Origin: Gemmatimonadales bacterium
GTDB taxonomy: Bacteria > Gemmatimonadota > Gemmatimonadetes > Palauibacterales > Palauibacteraceae
DNA: 58,063 bases
Assembly (NCBI GenBank): GCA_050114915.1
Contig: JASFRN010000003.1
Span: 1-58,063, forward strand
Direction of reading: 5' to 3'
Shown: positions 54,887 through 58,063 of the stretch, one piece after another
Layout of the letters: each line of letters begins with the position of its first letter
Numbering within the stretch: the stretch's first letter is position 1
Position numbers and translations under genes: made by a program
The notes under the pieces: model-generated
Told to the model about the DNA's origin: nothing
Database searches by the model: none
The model's input: only the letters and a program-made list of their open reading frames with translations

Positions 54887-55989
54887 TGAACGAATCGACG
54901 AACGCGAACCTCCGGCCTCTCCTCGAGGAGATGATCGAGCGGGGGGCGTCCGACCTGCACATCACGGTGGGCCAGGTGCCGAAGCTGCGCATCGACGGTT
55001 CGCTGCGCGACAGCCACTACGGGTCGCCCCTGGCCCCGCAGGACAGCCAGGCGCTGGCCTTCTCGGTCCTTTCCGACGACCAGCGCGAGCGGTTCGAACG
55101 CGAGGACGAGCTCGATCTTTCCTTCTCCGTGCAGAACCTGTCCCGCTTCCGCGGCAACGTGTTCCGCCAGCGTGGTTCCGTCGCGATGGCGATCCGGCAG
55201 ATTCCGTTCGAGATCCTCGGATTCGACGAGCTCGGGCTGCCGAACGTCGTCGCCGAGCTGGCCGAGCGACCGCGCGGCCTGGTCCTGGTGACCGGTCCGA
55301 CCGGTTCGGGGAAGTCGACCACGCTCGCCGCGATGCTCGACAAGATCAACAGCGAGCGCACCGGCCACATCATGACGGTCGAGGACCCGATCGAGTTCGT
55401 CCATCGCCACAAGCGCTGCATCGTCAACCAGCGCGAGGTCGGTTCGGATACGGGCTCGTTCGCCCGCGCCCTCAAGTACGTCCTGCGGCAGGACCCGGAC
55501 GTGATCCTCGTGGGTGAGATGCGAGACCTGGAGACGGTGCAGGCCGCCCTGACGATTGCCGAGACGGGTCACCTAGCGCTCGCCACGTTGCACACGAACT
55601 CGGCCGCCGAGTCGATCAACCGGATCATCGACGTGTTCCCGGCGCACCAGCAGCAGCAGGTGAGGGCGCAGCTGGCCTTCGTGCTCGAAGGCGTGGTCAC
55701 GCAGGCACTGCTCCCGAAACGCACCGGGCAGGGCCGGGCGATGGCCATGGAGGTGCTGGTGGCCACCCCGGCGATCCGCGCCATGATCCGCGAGGACAAG
55801 GTGCACCAGATCTACTCGGCCATGCAGGCGGGGAAGAAGTTCGGGATGCAGACCCTGAACGATTCCCTGTACGGTCTCTACATGCAGGATCTGGTCACGA
55901 TGGAGGAGTGCGCCCGCGTCAGCCCCGACCCGACCGAGCTCAAACGGATGATCGGCGAGCCGGAAGCCGCCGCCGCGCACGTACGTTGA
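54886..55989 (+). CDS. pilT: Type IV pilus retraction ATPase
   Basis: GASDLHITVG, FRGNVFRQRG, GPTGSGKST, EDPIEF, GEMRD, ETGHL...TLHT and AIRAMIRE. Start is ATG 54886 or GTG 54883. Confidence 0.95.
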   Translation: MNESTNANLRPLLEEMIERGASDLHITVGQVPKLRIDGSLRDSHYGSPLAPQDSQALAFSVLSDDQRERFEREDELDLSFSVQNLSRFRGNVFRQRGSVAMAIRQIPFEILGFDELGLPNVVAELAERPRGLVLVTGPTGSGKSTTLAAMLDKINSERTGHIMTVEDPIEFVHRHKRCIVNQREVGSDTGSFARALKYVLRQDPDVILVGEMRDLETVQAALTIAETGHLALATLHTNSAAESINRIIDVFPAHQQQQVRAQLAFVLEGVVTQALLPKRTGQGRAMAMEVLVATPAIRAMIREDKVHQIYSAMQAGKKFGMQTLNDSLYGLYMQDLVTMEECARVSPDPTELKRMIGEPEAAAAHVR

Positions 55990-56029
55990 CCGGCCCAGAC
56001 TCGCGCATAGCCAGGGAGATCACTTAGCC

Positions 56030-57229
56030 ATGCCCGTCTTCAACTACAGCGCCCGCACCGTATCGGGTGAGCTGCGCCGCGACGAGATCGACGTCCCGAC
56101 GAAGGACGACGTCATCGCGTTTCTGCGCAGTCAGCGCCTGATCCCGGTATCGGTACGGGAGAAGCCGAAGGCGCTGAAGCTGTCGTTCGGCAAGAAGGCG
56201 AAAACCCGCGACATCGTCATCATGACGCGGCAGTTCGCCACGATGGTCAACGCGGGCCTGCCCCTCGTCCAGGCCCTCGACATCCTCGTCAAGCAGGCCG
56301 ACAACGAGCTCCTGAAGACGACGCTCGAGGGCGTCCTGCACGACGTCGAGTCCGGAAACACGCTGGCCGACGCCCTCGGCGACCAGCCGAAGGTGTTCAG
56401 CCCCCTGTACGTCAACATGGTCGCCGCCGGCGAGACCGGCGGTATCCTCGACACGATCATGAACCGGCTGGCCGTGTTCCTCGAGAAGAGCGAGGCGCTG
56501 CAGCGCAAGGTGAAGGCGGCGATGATCTATCCCGGCGTGATCAGCTTCGTCGCCGTGGCCGCGATCATCGTTCTCCTCCTGTTCGTGATCCCGACCTTCC
56601 AGGAGATGTTCGCCTCGTTCGACCAGACGTTGCCGCTGCCGACGCGCGTCGTCATCGGCATGTCGGCGTTCCTGCAGGGCTACTGGTGGGCGCTGATCGC
56701 CGGCGGGATCGGCGGGACGATCCTGTTCCGGAGCTGGATCGCGACCGACGGGGGACGTCTCACCTTCGACCGCATGTTGCTGCGGCTGCCGATCCTCGGG
56801 AATCTCGCCCGCAAGTCGGCCGTGGCCCGGTTCACCCGTACGCTCGGCACCCTGCTGAGCTCGGGCGTCGCGATCCTCGAGGGCCTGGAGATCACCGCGA
56901 AGACGTCGGGCAATCGCGTCATCCACGACGCGGTGATGAGCAGCCGCAGCTCCATCGCCGGCGGTGAGTCGATTTCCGAGCCGCTCAAGCGCGCGGAGGT
57001 CTTCCCGCCGATGGTCACGCAGATGATCAGCGTGGGCGAAGAGACCGGCGACCTCGACGGCATGCTCACCAAGATCGCCGACTTCTACGACGACGAGGTC
57101 GACGTGGCGGTGGAAGGCCTGCTGAAGGCGATGGAGCCGGCGATGATCGTCATCCTCGGCTCGATCGTGGGCGGCATGATCGTCGCGATGTACCTGCCGA
57201 TCTTCGGGGTCATCAACACGATCCAGTAG
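56030..57229 (+). CDS. pilC: Type IV pilus inner-membrane platform protein (T2SS F family)
   Basis: TRQFATMVNAGLPL, LYVNMVAAGETGG, AMIYP, FPPMVTQMISVGEETG and AMYLPIF. GGAG SD. Confidence 0.95.
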   Translation: MPVFNYSARTVSGELRRDEIDVPTKDDVIAFLRSQRLIPVSVREKPKALKLSFGKKAKTRDIVIMTRQFATMVNAGLPLVQALDILVKQADNELLKTTLEGVLHDVESGNTLADALGDQPKVFSPLYVNMVAAGETGGILDTIMNRLAVFLEKSEALQRKVKAAMIYPGVISFVAVAAIIVLLLFVIPTFQEMFASFDQTLPLPTRVVIGMSAFLQGYWWALIAGGIGGTILFRSWIATDGGRLTFDRMLLRLPILGNLARKSAVARFTRTLGTLLSSGVAILEGLEITAKTSGNRVIHDAVMSSRSSIAGGESISEPLKRAEVFPPMVTQMISVGEETGDLDGMLTKIADFYDDEVDVAVEGLLKAMEPAMIVILGSIVGGMIVAMYLPIFGVINTIQ

Positions 57230-57268
57230 GAGGCCGGCAGCCCGGCAGCGGCCGGCCCGCTGCAGACG

Positions 57269-58063
57269 TCACCCGGTGCCGGCCAGCACCCCCATCGCGA
57301 TCGCTCCGAGCGTGAACAGCGCGAGGATTCGCGGCAGCGTGTGTCGTGGCCGGGTCAGCAGGTAGAGGGTGAGAACGCCGCCGACGGGGGCGGCGAACAG
57401 GTAGGTCAGGATGAAGGTCATGAACACCTGCCCGACCCAGTTCCCGGCCAGCGCCCCGACGCCGGGCAACCCCGCCCCCGAGACGAGCGGTACCAGGACA
57501 CCGGGCACCACGTCCAGCAGCAGGAACACGGCGCTGAAGCCGGCCCCCAGCTCGACGTAGAGCCGAACCTCCGCCCGGGCCTTGCGGCGAAAGGGCGCCC
57601 ACAGGATGCCGAGGCCGGAGCGCAGGAGAAGCCCGAGCGGCGATGCCGGTTCGTTGTAGTAGTAGAACAGCCGCAGCCGGTGGGTCCAGCGCGTGAGGGC
57701 CCGGAACCCGGGGACGTCGTCGAGCCAGTCCGGTCCCGCTCCGAGGCTGATCATGCCGCACAGGACCACGACCGCGAACACCGCCTCGAGGGCACCGGGC
57801 TCGCCGATCACGGTCCCGAGTGCCATGCCGGCCGCGAAGAGGACCAGCATGTCGCCGCCCAGGCGAAGCCACCGGCGGGAGCGGCCCCGCCGGCTCCACG
57901 CCTTCACCCAGTCGGGCGTCTCGTCGAGCCTTCGGTCGTCCAGCGGGGGCATGCCCGCCATCTCCACCGGGGGACGGCCCGTCTGCTCCCGCGCTTCCTG
58001 CTCGCGGTTGTGCTCGCGCACCATCCGGTTGATCGCGCCGGCATCGATCAGCCACCAGACGAG
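57269..58063 (-). CDS. Hypothetical membrane protein, 5' end outside the window
   Basis: The frame stays open from 58024 to the window edge (LVWWLIDAGAINRM...). Several hydrophobic helices. Confidence 0.65.
   Translation of the reverse strand, partial: LVWWLIDAGAINRMVREHNREQEAREQTGRPPVEMAGMPPLDDRRLDETPDWVKAWSRRGRSRRWLRLGGDMLVLFAAGMALGTVIGEPGALEAVFAVVVLCGMISLGAGPDWLDDVPGFRALTRWTHRLRLFYYYNEPASPLGLLLRSGLGILWAPFRRKARAEVRLYVELGAGFSAVFLLLDVVPGVLVPLVSGAGLPGVGALAGNWVGQVFMTFILTYLFAAPVGGVLTLYLLTRPRHTLPRILALFTLGAIAMGVLAGTG

Noticed and set aside
1-58063. CRISPR arrays, tRNA/rRNA genes, transposases, integrases, prophage or defence islands
   Set aside because: No spaced repeats, RNA-gene signatures or mobile-element motifs were seen. 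Intergenic gaps are short and composition looks uniform. Small structured ncRNAs cannot be excluded without a covariance-model search.

Overview
A high-GC (about 70% by eye), densely coding chromosomal window with about 48 protein-coding genes. I saw no rRNA, tRNA, CRISPR array, integrase or transposase. The gene repertoire (SprA homologue, Bacteroidota-like sigma70 lacking region 1.1, Kdo transferase, System I Ccm) suggests an FCB-superphylum diderm, most likely Gemmatimonadota; this is an inference, not a search result. Contents in order: partial yggX, USP, aminopeptidase, waaA, GntR with a lipoprotein, an ABC exporter divergent from uvrA, a GT2, a translationally coupled gyrA operon, DsbA+VKOR, a sigma factor, a complete ccmABCDEFGH operon, apgM, a Zn-ribbon/TPR protein, a Cu-type P1B ATPase, pspA, a K+ channel, a degenerate DEAD-box protein, a divergent AGCS transporter, class V aminotransferase+serA, a kbl-rpe-JAB-(Ubl-E1-rhodanese) operon, and a TonB-like / SprA / ComEA / pilB-pilT-pilC cluster. 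Leading candidates for undescribed biology: (1) a T9SS-type SprA giant barrel with no T9SS motor genes nearby, flanked by a TonB-like protein, a tandem ComEA and type IV pilus motor genes; (2) a ubiquitin-like/E1/rhodanese fusion with its own JAB protease, no sulfur-acceptor enzyme in the operon, and a second candidate beta-grasp protein nearby; (3) a pseudo-helicase that keeps its DbpA RNA-binding domain, divergent from an AGCS transporter that has lost its binding-site motifs. All family assignments come from motif recognition by eye with no database search. Start codons and promoters are predictions.
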